Virus record (IMG/VR): IMGVR_UViG_3300035144_000007
Coordinates: 1-51,596 of that record
Strand: one strand, 5' to 3'
Origin: a virus
Taxonomy: Duplodnaviria; Caudoviricetes
DNA length: 51,596 bases
Part shown: positions 19,259 through 31,149 of the stretch, piece by piece
Position numbering within the stretch: position 1 is the stretch's first letter
How the letters are laid out: every line of letters starts with the position of its first letter
Made by a program: the position numbers and the translations under genes
The notes under the pieces: model-generated
Told to the model about the DNA's origin: nothing
Seen by the model: only the letters and a program-made list of their open reading frames with translations
Database searches by the model: none

Positions 19259-20106
19259 GAATATCTGGCTACGGCCCCAATGGCCCTATTTCTGGTGGCT
19301 CACAGGACTACATATTCCCCGACACCGAAGATCGAGACGACTGGCTAACAGAAATGCCGCCAGTCGCTACACAGATTGGCGGTGCTTCTGGCACATTCGA
19401 TTATTACGACGATGAAGTGTATCCGATAGCCGCCAAAACTGTAACAAAACGCTATCGGATTACGGGGACTTATACATTCTGTCAAACACACTGGCGGGCT
19501 GCATTGCGGCAGATGCTATCAAACTCTGGTAACTGGAACAACATGCGCTTGTGGGGGACACCAAGAGGAACGACGGTAGAAAGCAATCTCTTGTGGTCAT
19601 ACGCTAAATTGATACGAGCGCGGGCCGTCGAGATTGCAGGCGAGGGGCAACTTGCCTGGCCTGCCGAACTGATATTCTATCTTCCTGAAGGCATTTGGTA
19701 TCAGAGACTCCTCAACAGCACGAATATAACGGCAAACGGAACCTATACGTTATACAACCTCGGAGACATAGCGTCGCCGGTAAAATTCACGTTGACGCCA
19801 GTATCATCGGCGGTAACGAAAGTCGTTATCAATATCGGCTCGATTCTGAGCCTAACCTGGGATGATTCTGGCGGCTCTGGAGTACTGCCGGGGAATTCGC
19901 TTGTCATTGACTGCGAGCAATACAGCGTTCTAAACAATGGCGTTGACGCCTATGATAAATTATCACTCAGTAGCGGGCAGGTAGTTTGGTTTGCGCTGCT
20001 ACCAGTTTTCCCAGGTGGTGATAATCAGGTCACGGTAACTGTGACTCAGTCGGGTGGGACTTTCACGCTCAACGCACAATGGAAGACACCATTTATGGGG
20101 GCATAA
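19255..20106 (+). CDS. Distal tail protein (Dit-like)
   Basis: NLGDI.SP, L.IDC...V..NG, WF.L.PG.N motifs. Confidence 0.75.
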   Translation: MRISGYGPNGPISGGSQDYIFPDTEDRDDWLTEMPPVATQIGGASGTFDYYDDEVYPIAAKTVTKRYRITGTYTFCQTHWRAALRQMLSNSGNWNNMRLWGTPRGTTVESNLLWSYAKLIRARAVEIAGEGQLAWPAELIFYLPEGIWYQRLLNSTNITANGTYTLYNLGDIASPVKFTLTPVSSAVTKVVINIGSILSLTWDDSGGSGVLPGNSLVIDCEQYSVLNNGVDAYDKLSLSSGQVVWFALLPVFPGGDNQVTVTVTQSGGTFTLNAQWKTPFMGA

Positions 20107-20107
20107 G

Positions 20108-20386
20108 ATGAAGGGGAAAATTAAAGAGAAAATCAAGAAAAAGAAGGGATATATTCTACTTGGTGTAATTATCACCATTGTGCTTACGCTAATTTCGGCT
20201 TGCCTTATTTTATCAAGGTCGCCGATACCAGAAATAACCACCTCTGTTCTTCCGCCGGTACAGGATACAATATTCGTCTCGCCATTGATAGAGACACAAG
20301 TATATACCACATTTAATGGATATATACCGAATGTGCAACGATACCCACTCCTGACTGGCATAACGCCAACTCCTGTAGAGAAATGA
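20108..20386 (+). CDS. Small N-terminally anchored membrane protein
   Basis: Lys-rich N-terminus, one TM segment, Pro/Thr-rich tail. Confidence 0.6.
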   Translation: MKGKIKEKIKKKKGYILLGVIITIVLTLISACLILSRSPIPEITTSVLPPVQDTIFVSPLIETQVYTTFNGYIPNVQRYPLLTGITPTPVEK

Positions 20387-20389
20387 CCG

Positions 20390-21889
20390 ATGCCGTCATT
20401 ATCGTCTCCGGTTTTTAACGTTGACGTTCTGGACGGGTCTGGTAACATCATAGGTCCCGGCCCGCTCGAAAATGTCCTGGCCGTAGAGATTACGGAGGAG
20501 CTAGACAGAGCGGGCCTCGTTACTGTCTCTATTCCTGCTACCTACCAGAGAGCACAGGATTTGCTCGGAGCGGAGAAGAGGTTACAGGTCCGCGTGCTGA
20601 ATGAGGACATAGTTGCCACTTGCTTGATCCAAAACCTCAACGTTGTAGCAAGTGGGCAACAACCCATCTATCAAATTTCCGGCCCTGATCTGTTGGGTGA
20701 ATTAGTCTACCTCAATACAGGATATAATCGCACCTATGACAACCGGCTAATCGCCAACGTCATAATCGGCACATCAGCAACGGCGGCTTCTCTCCTCGGC
20801 GGTACTGGATGGACACAGGGCAGCATTGTGATTGACCCTGGTGTTGGTACTCGCTCTACCATCTCATTCGATGGACAAACGCGGTTACAGGCACTCATCA
20901 CGTTAGCTGAACAAATAGGCCACCACCTACGCCAGGGAACCACGGCCAGAACGCTGGACTTTGGTCTATTCGGGGCGGATAGCGGATTGCGAGCAATGAA
21001 CGTTCATCACGCGCTTGTTAAGCAGCAAGAGGTATCTCCTGGACTAGCATACATCGCTGATGCCGAGATAGGGAAAATTAGCGCAGAGATAGAGAACCGC
21101 CTTTATCCGCTCGGCAAAGACAGGTTTGACTTACAAGACGCTTCTACCTCCATCACCGACATAAAAGTCGCAGCTAACACCGGCCCAGATGGGGCAGAGA
21201 CGACATTGACGGCGCAGGCGAACCCGACTGACACAACACTAACTGTTACCAGCACAACGGGATTCGTGGCGAATGAATACATTTGGGTAGGGAATAAGGC
21301 CAATTGGACGGCCAATCACGAGATGCTACAGATTCAATCTATAGGCGGGCCGACAACGATAAATCTGGTATCTGCCGTAACGGTCACGCTAGCAAATGGC
21401 TCTAACGTGATTCAGCGACCGCAGTTTTATGTCGAGGATACAGCAAGTCAAGCGGCCCTTGGCGGCGGAGCATCATCTATTAGAGAAAATACACCACAAT
21501 TCGCGTGGATAGGACCGATAGACCCGACTAGCTCAACCAGCCGCCAGCAAGCCGCCGATGTTTTATACCACGCAGCAAAGGCGCGGCTTCTACGTTATTC
21601 GCTACCATACGAGACCTACGTGCTGACGCGGGTGCTGAATCTGCCTACATCACTCAGAGTTGGCGATAAAATCCGCGTTGTGTATCACGGTGCGGTGAAA
21701 GCCTACGGTGGTAGCTACTACGTTGACATTGATGACGATCTATTTGTCACGCGCATAACGCGCACCTGGCAGGGGAATGGTGAAGCCTCTGCTTCACTCG
21801 CGGTGTCAGATGTGGACAGACCAACACCTAACAATTCTTTGCTTGTAATTTTCAACTTAGATAATCTGCGTTGGTTGATACCAGGATAG
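20390..21889 (+). CDS. Tail hub/Tal-like protein
   Basis: After Dit; NRLYPLG and LRVGDKIRV motifs. Confidence 0.75.
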   Translation: MPSLSSPVFNVDVLDGSGNIIGPGPLENVLAVEITEELDRAGLVTVSIPATYQRAQDLLGAEKRLQVRVLNEDIVATCLIQNLNVVASGQQPIYQISGPDLLGELVYLNTGYNRTYDNRLIANVIIGTSATAASLLGGTGWTQGSIVIDPGVGTRSTISFDGQTRLQALITLAEQIGHHLRQGTTARTLDFGLFGADSGLRAMNVHHALVKQQEVSPGLAYIADAEIGKISAEIENRLYPLGKDRFDLQDASTSITDIKVAANTGPDGAETTLTAQANPTDTTLTVTSTTGFVANEYIWVGNKANWTANHEMLQIQSIGGPTTINLVSAVTVTLANGSNVIQRPQFYVEDTASQAALGGGASSIRENTPQFAWIGPIDPTSSTSRQQAADVLYHAAKARLLRYSLPYETYVLTRVLNLPTSLRVGDKIRVVYHGAVKAYGGSYYVDIDDDLFVTRITRTWQGNGEASASLAVSDVDRPTPNNSLLVIFNLDNLRWLIPG

Positions 21890-21966
21890 ATGCTCTCCCT
21901 GGGCGGGTGGCTCCTTTTTCCCCGGTCGTCCGCCTGGGGAGGGTGAAAAGAAAGGGGAAAAATGAA

Positions 21967-22255
21967 ATGAAAATCTTGGGCTATGACTATCGCATTGTTT
22001 TGACAGACGCAATAGTCGGCGCAACTGGTGAATGGATTGCCAAGACACAAACGGTAAGGATAGCTGCCGATCAGGTAGAGCAACAGATAGAATCCACATT
22101 ATTGCATGAGATTATAGAGGTTATAAACTATCATCTTGAGCTTGGGATAGAACACAAGGCAATAATGGCGATGGAAGCGGCGCTATACCAGGTTCTGAGA
22201 GACGCAGGTGTGGATTTTGAGCCGCTTGTCTCACAAATAGAGAGGGGAAAAGAAA

Positions 22256-22263
<8 letters not shown>
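21967..22263 (+). CDS. Small HExxH-like metallopeptidase-family protein
   Basis: MKILG.DY...STLLHEIIE motif. Confidence 0.6.
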
Positions 22264-26078
<3,815 letters not shown>

Positions 26079-26079
<1 letters not shown>

Positions 26080-26150
26080 TGAGAATCCTACAAATCATAA
26101 CCAACCTCTGGCTATTCGGTATCAGAATGGCAGAGGAAAACGGGAGGTAA
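26079..26150 (+). CDS. 23-aa peptide, copy 1 (MRILQIITNLWLFGIRMAEENGR)
   Basis: TAATG coupling; paralog at 26427 differs by many synonymous changes. Confidence 0.7.
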
Positions 26151-26151
26151 G

Positions 26152-26430
26152 ATGGAACTGACAGAAAATCAACTGGCGTTTGTGAATGCTGCGCTGGCAT
26201 GTGAGGACGTGCAGCGATTTATCAATGATGTATGGTGGCCACTCTATGACATCTGGCGTGAGGAAGGTAAGCTGCCCCAGGTAGAAGGAAATCCGCATGC
26301 ACCGACGTTGCTATTTGCACTGTGTGGCTATCCATTTGCAGTCAGGGACGGCCTTGAGGAAATGCAGAACGACCTCGACGGCGTGATTGAAAAACTGCGC
26401 GATGATACGGTAGACAATCCGTGGCTATGA
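26152..26430 (+). CDS. Hypothetical protein (92 aa)
   Basis: GGAGG SD. Confidence 0.75.
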   Translation: MELTENQLAFVNAALACEDVQRFINDVWWPLYDIWREEGKLPQVEGNPHAPTLLFALCGYPFAVRDGLEEMQNDLDGVIEKLRDDTVDNPWL

Positions 26431-26498
26431 GAATCCTACAGGTTATAATTGACTTTCTGCTCTTTGGTGTCAGAATGGCAGAGGAGAATGGACGATAG
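26427..26498 (+). CDS. 23-aa peptide, copy 2 (MRILQVIIDFLLFGVRMAEENGR)
   Basis: ATGA coupling; same length and stop position as copy 1. Confidence 0.7.
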   Translation: MRILQVIIDFLLFGVRMAEENGR

Positions 26499-27072
26499 AA
26501 CAACGACGCTGATGCTGGCCGGTGTTCCATTCGTGATATTGGTCGGCATTGCATCACAGGCCGCCTCAATATGGTTGTGGGGGCCAGCACATCAATTCTC
26601 CTATTGGTACACAGGCTTAATGGTTGTGCTACTTTTCATAAACTTTGCCGCCTTGATTCTACATTGTAGGGGGAGAACGAAGGCCGGAGTTCTGATAGCA
26701 GCCTGGGCCGGTCTCCTCTGTATATTCGCGATGGTTGTCATAGATGCCATAGAGAATACAAGCGACGGCTATCCCTGGGTGATTCTCACTCTCTATCTGG
26801 CGACCTATGCGGTAGGTGAGGTGGTTGGCGGCAGAATGTCCCTAACCTACTCGCTCGCCTGCGGCATTGCGCTATTGGCAACGGGGATAATGCAACGTAG
26901 AATAGATGACACACTGCCGCTCCTGCTCGTTCTCCTGCTCGTTACTGTGTGGTCGCGGCGGTCTCATAACGTAAGCGAGCGGTTACGTGATACAAGCGAG
27001 CGACTACAAGAGTATAGAGAGGCAATCCAGGTAGTAACTGATGGCAGACGGGGACATTCAAGAACTGACTAA
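26488..27072 (+). CDS. Polytopic membrane protein (~6 TM) with C-terminal coiled coil
   Basis: GAGGAG SD before ATG 26488; alternating hydrophobic helices. Confidence 0.8.
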   Translation: MDDRTTTLMLAGVPFVILVGIASQAASIWLWGPAHQFSYWYTGLMVVLLFINFAALILHCRGRTKAGVLIAAWAGLLCIFAMVVIDAIENTSDGYPWVILTLYLATYAVGEVVGGRMSLTYSLACGIALLATGIMQRRIDDTLPLLLVLLLVTVWSRRSHNVSERLRDTSERLQEYREAIQVVTDGRRGHSRTD

Positions 27073-27574
27073 AGCTATTCGGCATGACAAAAACCTTCGC
27101 GTTGCCGAGGTAAGAGCACAGCGGAGAGTAGCCGACATGCTACAGTCATTGCTTGAGGCATTTGAGAAAAGTTGCCAGCAAGACAATGGAACCACCGAGG
27201 AACTTAGGAGAATACGAGAACAGCACGCGGAGATAATAAGTGGCATAAAGGCGGTACTGCTTTACATCGCCGCTGATAATGCCGAGGAGAGGCGAGCAGC
27301 AGAGAGATACAGGGAGAAAATCAACGGGCTGGCATTCGGAGAAAAATCGCCCAAGTCCCCGCCGCTATCCCCCGCGCAAATCCGCCGCGAGTTGACCGAC
27401 CGCGTAGACGAGGAGGAGTTGAGGACACTTTGCTTTGATTGGGGGATAGACTACGATAGTCTGCCTGGTAAGGGGAAGGCAGCAAAAGTCAGGGAACTGG
27501 TAGCACAGGAACAGAGACGGGATGGGGTGGGGCGGTTGCGTCAGTGGCTAGAAACGCAAAAAGCCCCGGACTGA
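27041..27574 (+). CDS. Coiled-coil protein with C-terminal effector-associated domain (EAD7-like)
   Basis: EEELRTLCFDWGIDYDSLPGKGKAAKVRELV motif. Confidence 0.75.
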   Translation: MADGDIQELTKAIRHDKNLRVAEVRAQRRVADMLQSLLEAFEKSCQQDNGTTEELRRIREQHAEIISGIKAVLLYIAADNAEERRAAERYREKINGLAFGEKSPKSPPLSPAQIRRELTDRVDEEELRTLCFDWGIDYDSLPGKGKAAKVRELVAQEQRRDGVGRLRQWLETQKAPD

Positions 27575-27595
27575 GCCGGGGCTTTGTTATTTATT
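27558..27595. terminator. Bidirectional intrinsic terminator
   Basis: AAAAAGCCCCGG-ACTGAG-CCGGGGCTTTGTTATTT at the convergence of the two genome arms. Confidence 0.85.
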
Positions 27596-27935
27596 TAATT
27601 GTCCTTTCCTTTAACTCTGAAATGAAGTGATTCATAGTTTGCTTGACTGCTAAAGCAAATAAATATGAAGTATCGTAATTCTCCTCCTCTTGCCAGATTT
27701 TGTATCTGGCCTTACTAACTGTGAATCCCCACGCCTCGTCAAATTCGACGAGTTCAGGAGATTCACCGCGTTCCATCTTCTGTCGTGCGGCCAGGTCGGC
27801 CTCGCATTCTGGACACCCGCAAGAATACGGTGTCCACGATGGCTCGCCACCGCCCACCCGAAAGATGGTCACGAGTCCGCTTTTGCGACGTTGCCACATG
27901 GTGGCGTGTATTGGCACTGCATTTCTTTCGCGCAT
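27591..27935 (-). CDS. Hypothetical protein
   Basis: AAGGAG SD; CGCPEC motif. Confidence 0.7.
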   Translation of the reverse strand: MRERNAVPIHATMWQRRKSGLVTIFRVGGGEPSWTPYSCGCPECEADLAARQKMERGESPELVEFDEAWGFTVSKARYKIWQEEENYDTSYLFALAVKQTMNHFISELKERTIK

Positions 27936-27960
27936 CTCTCTCCTTCGCCCCGTGGGGCTT

Positions 27961-28101
27961 TTACCTTCCTACCAAGGGCGTCTCCAATGGAACGCGGAGA
28001 ATCGCTTTCAATGCCAGTACAATCACAATGACAACAAATTCCACTGCAATCGTACAGAAGATAATCCGGCAAAGTAAAAGAAGCGCGTCTCTTTCTTTCA
28101 T
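27961..28101 (-). CDS. 46-aa single-TM peptide (MKERDALLLLCRIIFCTIAVEFVVIVIVLALKAILRVPLETPLVGR)
   Basis: Translated manually; AAGGAGG SD. Confidence 0.65.
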   Translation of the reverse strand: MKERDALLLLCRIIFCTIAVEFVVIVIVLALKAILRVPLETPLVGR

Positions 28102-28259
28102 CTTAAAGACCTCCTTTTCTCTCTATCCACTCGCGGTGCTCTGTGGGCCACGTGCTATCCCAAAGAGCGGCAGTTTCATTCCCGCTCTGCTCACAATCCA
28201 GACTACACAAATACCACACACCCGCAGAGCGGGCAACCAGAAGCGTACTCTGCTCCTTT

Positions 28260-28472
28260 TCAAATTTGGAGGATTCGGCTTCTCTCCTTTTCTTCTATTG
28301 CCGCGAGAAGTACAAGCGTCCTCCCGCGGCAGGTGGGGAATGCAGCCCGGATTCTCTGCCACTCCGCCTCGCCCTCCTCGTTGGCAGGATAGGCAATACG
28401 GAGGTTGCCGAATTTGAGTTTCACGCAACCTGTACACTCCACAGAGCCGCCGCAGTGGGGACATTTACTCAT
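28260..28472 (-). CDS. Zn-finger hypothetical protein
   Basis: AGGAGG SD; CPHC..CTGC. Confidence 0.7.
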   Translation of the reverse strand: MSKCPHCGGSVECTGCVKLKFGNLRIAYPANEEGEAEWQRIRAAFPTCRGRTLVLLAAIEEKERSRILQI

Positions 28473-28548
28473 AGTTCACCTCCTAAAATTTTCTTTCTCT
28501 CTCTAAAGTGGGCCGGGTTGTTACTGGCGGGAACGCCGAAGCGTTCCG

Positions 28549-28731
28549 CTATTCAGTTGTCAGTTCTTTGGTGTCAGGATCGTAGTAGAAGATTTCGCCA
28601 TCCTCAATATCTTCTGCTTCTCGCAGAATACAAGGACAAGCTACCCCATCTCTCCCCCACCTGTACGCGTTGCAATGTAGCGCATCTTCTCGGTTGTAGC
28701 AATCATTTTTGATATACGCATTCTTGCTCAT
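28549..28731 (-). CDS. Small Cys-rich protein (MSKNAYIKNDC...)
   Basis: GGAGGAG SD before ATG 28731. Confidence 0.65.
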   Translation of the reverse strand: MSKNAYIKNDCYNREDALHCNAYRWGRDGVACPCILREAEDIEDGEIFYYDPDTKELTTE

Positions 28732-28780
28732 TTCTTTTCTCTCCTCCCGCGTGTAGGATGCGCGGCCCCCGTTGGTGGCT

Positions 28781-28924
28781 TTATCTGCCACCATTGAGCC
28801 ACCGAACCCGCTCGGCGGCTTTCTCTGAACTATCGTGGTCACTCTCTGGTACCCATTTGTTAGTGCCTGGCTCGTAGTATCCAACAGTCCACAGGTTTGG
28901 CTCAGTTCGTTTGTAAACATACAT
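28781..28924 (-). CDS. 47-aa phage protein (MYVYKRTEPNLWTVGYYEPG...RVRWLNGGR), not in ORF track
   Basis: AAGGAG SD right after the hammerhead-like element; recurrent phage motif WTVG.Y...W.PESDH...AA.RV..LNG. Confidence 0.85.
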   Translation of the reverse strand: MYVYKRTEPNLWTVGYYEPGTNKWVPESDHDSSEKAAERVRWLNGGR

Positions 28925-28940
28925 TGTCTTTCTCTCCTTT

Positions 28941-29005
28941 CGAGGTTTCGCTCTTGCTTTTCACACGCCCCGTGGGGCGACCCGGACTTTTACCGGCCGA
29001 CCTCG
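28941..29005 (-). ncRNA. Variant type III hammerhead ribozyme
   Basis: CGAGGUC/GGCCGG-UAAAAGU-CCGGGU-[CGCCC-CACG-GGGCG]-UGUGAAAA-GC-AAGA-GC-GAAACCUCG; homologous to 30722-30769. Confidence 0.6.
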
Positions 29006-29031
29006 GCGGGGTTGCCCCCGCCTTGGAGATT

Positions 29032-29433
29032 CTACTCTATTACCTCCCATTGCGCTTCATTGTATCCAGGGAGGGCCTTGATTGCCATTTCTCTGAGCAC
29101 CTGTACAATTGCGTATGCCTCGGATTCCTGCCAGTCTGGCGACTCACAACTCTGATAAATGTAGCAATCACACGCCTTGATGATTTCTACTGGCTCAATT
29201 TTGCGGTTGAAAATCTTGCGCGTAAATTGGCGCGGCTCATTGTCGCTCTCATAGCGAGAATTTACCGAGCGGTAGTTTTCGTCTACCAGTTTCTGCCCAA
29301 TCACCTGGATATTGCTCAGAAAGGCCGTTCCTTCCCCATTCCAATAATATGACCTGCCACCACCGGGGCCGCAGAGATTCGCGGCTTTTAGCATTGCACT
29401 AATATGTTCATCACCAACTATAAAAGCGGACAT
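29032..29433 (-). CDS. Conserved-looking phage hypothetical protein
   Basis: MSAFIV...HI, EN.RSV..RY, YQSCE..DW..SEA motifs; AAGGAG SD. Confidence 0.85.
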   Translation of the reverse strand: MSAFIVGDEHISAMLKAANLCGPGGGRSYYWNGEGTAFLSNIQVIGQKLVDENYRSVNSRYESDNEPRQFTRKIFNRKIEPVEIIKACDCYIYQSCESPDWQESEAYAIVQVLREMAIKALPGYNEAQWEVIE

Positions 29434-29457
29434 TTTTTTCTCTCCTTTTCTGTTAGT

Positions 29458-29549
29458 TTAGAAACTCCCACCAGGGTCTGGAATCATAGGCAATTGAGAA
29501 CCTGCGTTCCCATCTCCCTACAACCCCCGACCCTGGTGGGAACTTCCAA
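29458..29549 (-). ncRNA. 92-nt rod-like RNA hairpin
   Basis: 44-nt arms, GCAG loop, 41 of 44 positions paired including 9 G-U pairs on the - strand, no bulges. Confidence 0.8.
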
Positions 29550-29608
29550 GCTCGCGCTCGGTTGTTCCCCCGCCAACCTCGGCGGCTATGCTCTGCCGCC
29601 TTGGAAAT

Positions 29609-29899
29609 TTACTCTTGCGCTTCCTCTTTTATCCAATCCTCAACGGCCTGGAAGAAAGCCGCGCTTCCCCTTACCGTAACTATATCCTCATTTGGCCCCA
29701 CGGCCCTGCGGGATTCAACCCGCGCCGACTTATTCGGCATTGGTGCAGGACCGTAGATACTCTCGTATTGGTACAGGAGGTCCGATCCTCTATTCTCGCT
29801 GATGATGTTGTAAGCCGCCCGCGCGACTGTTTCTTCCTGCGGGATACGGTCCCGTCCATCGTAGGCGGGATATTTTACATCGTGGAATTTCTTGTACAT
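29609..29899 (-). CDS. Hypothetical protein (MYKKFHDVKY...)
   Basis: AAGGAG SD directly after a hammerhead. Confidence 0.8.
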   Translation of the reverse strand: MYKKFHDVKYPAYDGRDRIPQEETVARAAYNIISENRGSDLLYQYESIYGPAPMPNKSARVESRRAVGPNEDIVTVRGSAAFFQAVEDWIKEEAQE

Positions 29900-29919
29900 T
29901 TTCTTCTCCTTTTTGATTT

Positions 29920-29974
29920 GAGGTTTCGGCTCTCCTGGAGCCATCGTCAGGCCGTGCGCTTCTCCGGCGACCTC
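29920..29974 (-). ncRNA. Type III hammerhead ribozyme
   Basis: GAGGUC/GCCG-loop-CGGC-CUGACGA-U-GGCUC-CAGGA-GAGCC-GAAA-CCUC; intact core and three stems. Confidence 0.9.
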
Positions 29975-30010
29975 CGCGCGTTTTGTCCAGGTCGCGCCCC
30001 CTGGGGAGGA

Positions 30011-30214
30011 TTACTTCCTCGCATAGTGGACGCGGCCAGACTGCGCCACATCCACCACATGATAGAGCCTGCCGAATGCGGGGTTATTCTCATTTATTGG
30101 AATGACCCAATATTCGGCGGTTGCCGCCGCGACAATCTCCTCGTAGGTGGCTCCCATCATATCCACTGGCTCAATTGAATCAACCAGATTTGGATTGTAT
30201 GCTCTATTTAACAT
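30011..30214 (-). CDS. Hypothetical protein
   Basis: GGAGG SD; overlaps the upstream gene. Confidence 0.65.
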   Translation of the reverse strand: MLNRAYNPNLVDSIEPVDMMGATYEEIVAAATAEYWVIPINENNPAFGRLYHVVDVAQSGRVHYARK

Positions 30215-30521
30215 TTTCCCTCCTCTTTTTGTATTGCGCGTCTTGATACTCGCGCATCCTACGTTCCATTCGCTCCTCTTTCGTTTCCTCACGTCTTCGT
30301 CGTGGTTGGCGTGGCATTTCTTCCGCCTCGCCTACCCATCGACCGCTGTTCGGGGAACAGGAGAATCCCATCTTCTCCAGGATCCCTTTCGTCCGCTCCC
30401 AATTGGCAGTCTTGTGGAATTCCCCCACCTCGATAATTGGTCGGTTGGGGTCTGCCCACACGTCGAGGCCGTTTAACTCCTCACTCTCCGCTATTGCCTG
30501 TAGGATTCCCTGCCTATTCAT
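30204..30521 (-). CDS. Hypothetical protein with basic C-terminus
   Basis: AAGGAG SD. Confidence 0.75.
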   Translation of the reverse strand: MNRQGILQAIAESEELNGLDVWADPNRPIIEVGEFHKTANWERTKGILEKMGFSCSPNSGRWVGEAEEMPRQPRRRREETKEERMERRMREYQDAQYKKRRENVK

Positions 30522-30546
30522 TGTCCGTTTCTCCTTTTCTATTTGC

Positions 30547-30702
30547 CTACTCTATGTAGTCCCACTTTAGTTCACAGAGTTGATTGAGAAGTTCTTGGTT
30601 ATTGGTGTGATTTGCGGCTACCTGTAGCAGTGTGATGATTTCCAGTTCTGTCTTGCCTTCATCCTGCGCCATTTTTTCAATTTTTGCCTTTAGGCTGTCC
30701 AT
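30547..30702 (-). CDS. 51-aa protein (MDSLKAKIEKM...)
   Basis: AAGGA SD directly after a hammerhead. Confidence 0.75.
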   Translation of the reverse strand: MDSLKAKIEKMAQDEGKTELEIITLLQVAANHTNNQELLNQLCELKWDYIE

Positions 30703-30721
30703 TGTTTTTTCCTTTTGATTT

Positions 30722-30769
30722 GAGGTTTCGCTCTTGCTCATCAGGGCCGGACTCTTACCGGCCAACCTC
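30722..30769 (-). ncRNA. Type III hammerhead ribozyme (minimal stem II)
   Basis: GAGGUU/GGCCGG-UAAGAGU-CCGGCC-CUGAUGA-GC-AAGA-GC-GAAA-CCUC. Confidence 0.88.
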
Positions 30770-30942
30770 GGAGGGCTTCTATTCCCTCCTCCGCTCCCTA
30801 TTTCCGTCTTCCATTTCGGTCAGAGTTTCCGGTGTCCTGGGGTTTCCTGTTCCTTCCTCCCATTTCCTTCACCCTCCTGTTGGGCTACTTCCGCTCTGTG
30901 CCTACTCTGGTTCTGGTTTTTAATGTCCCCGTTCTCTCTCTC

Positions 30943-30983
30943 TGCTACACTACTATTGTAGCATAAAAGTGTAGCATTGTCAA
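30943..30983 (-). promoter_or_regulatory. Early promoter with overlapping TGCTACA operator-like repeats
   Basis: TTGACA (30978-30983)-17 nt-TACAAT (30955-30960); TGCTACA occurs three times in direct and inverted orientation. Confidence 0.85.
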
Positions 30984-31103
30984 GCACTTCTTATCTATTT
31001 AATAGTTTAGGAGATTAAATTGGGGGTATAAGAAGATTGATTCAATCGCCTACGTTATCGCTACAAATGGGCTACCTATGCCCTACCTCCTCCTACCTAT
31101 AGC

Positions 31104-31125
31104 AAAAAGCCGCCCGGAGGCGGCT
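31104..31125 (-). terminator. Intrinsic terminator
   Basis: AGCCGCC-TCCG-GGCGGCT-TTTT. Confidence 0.8.
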
Positions 31126-31149
31126 CCTGGGACTTTGTGATTTTTTCAC

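Noticed and set aside
28731-28920. N-terminal half of the 123-aa ORF 28549-28920, and hairpins at 28770-28820 as an ncRNA
   Set aside because: The region is better explained by the 47-aa gene in another frame plus a separate start at 28731
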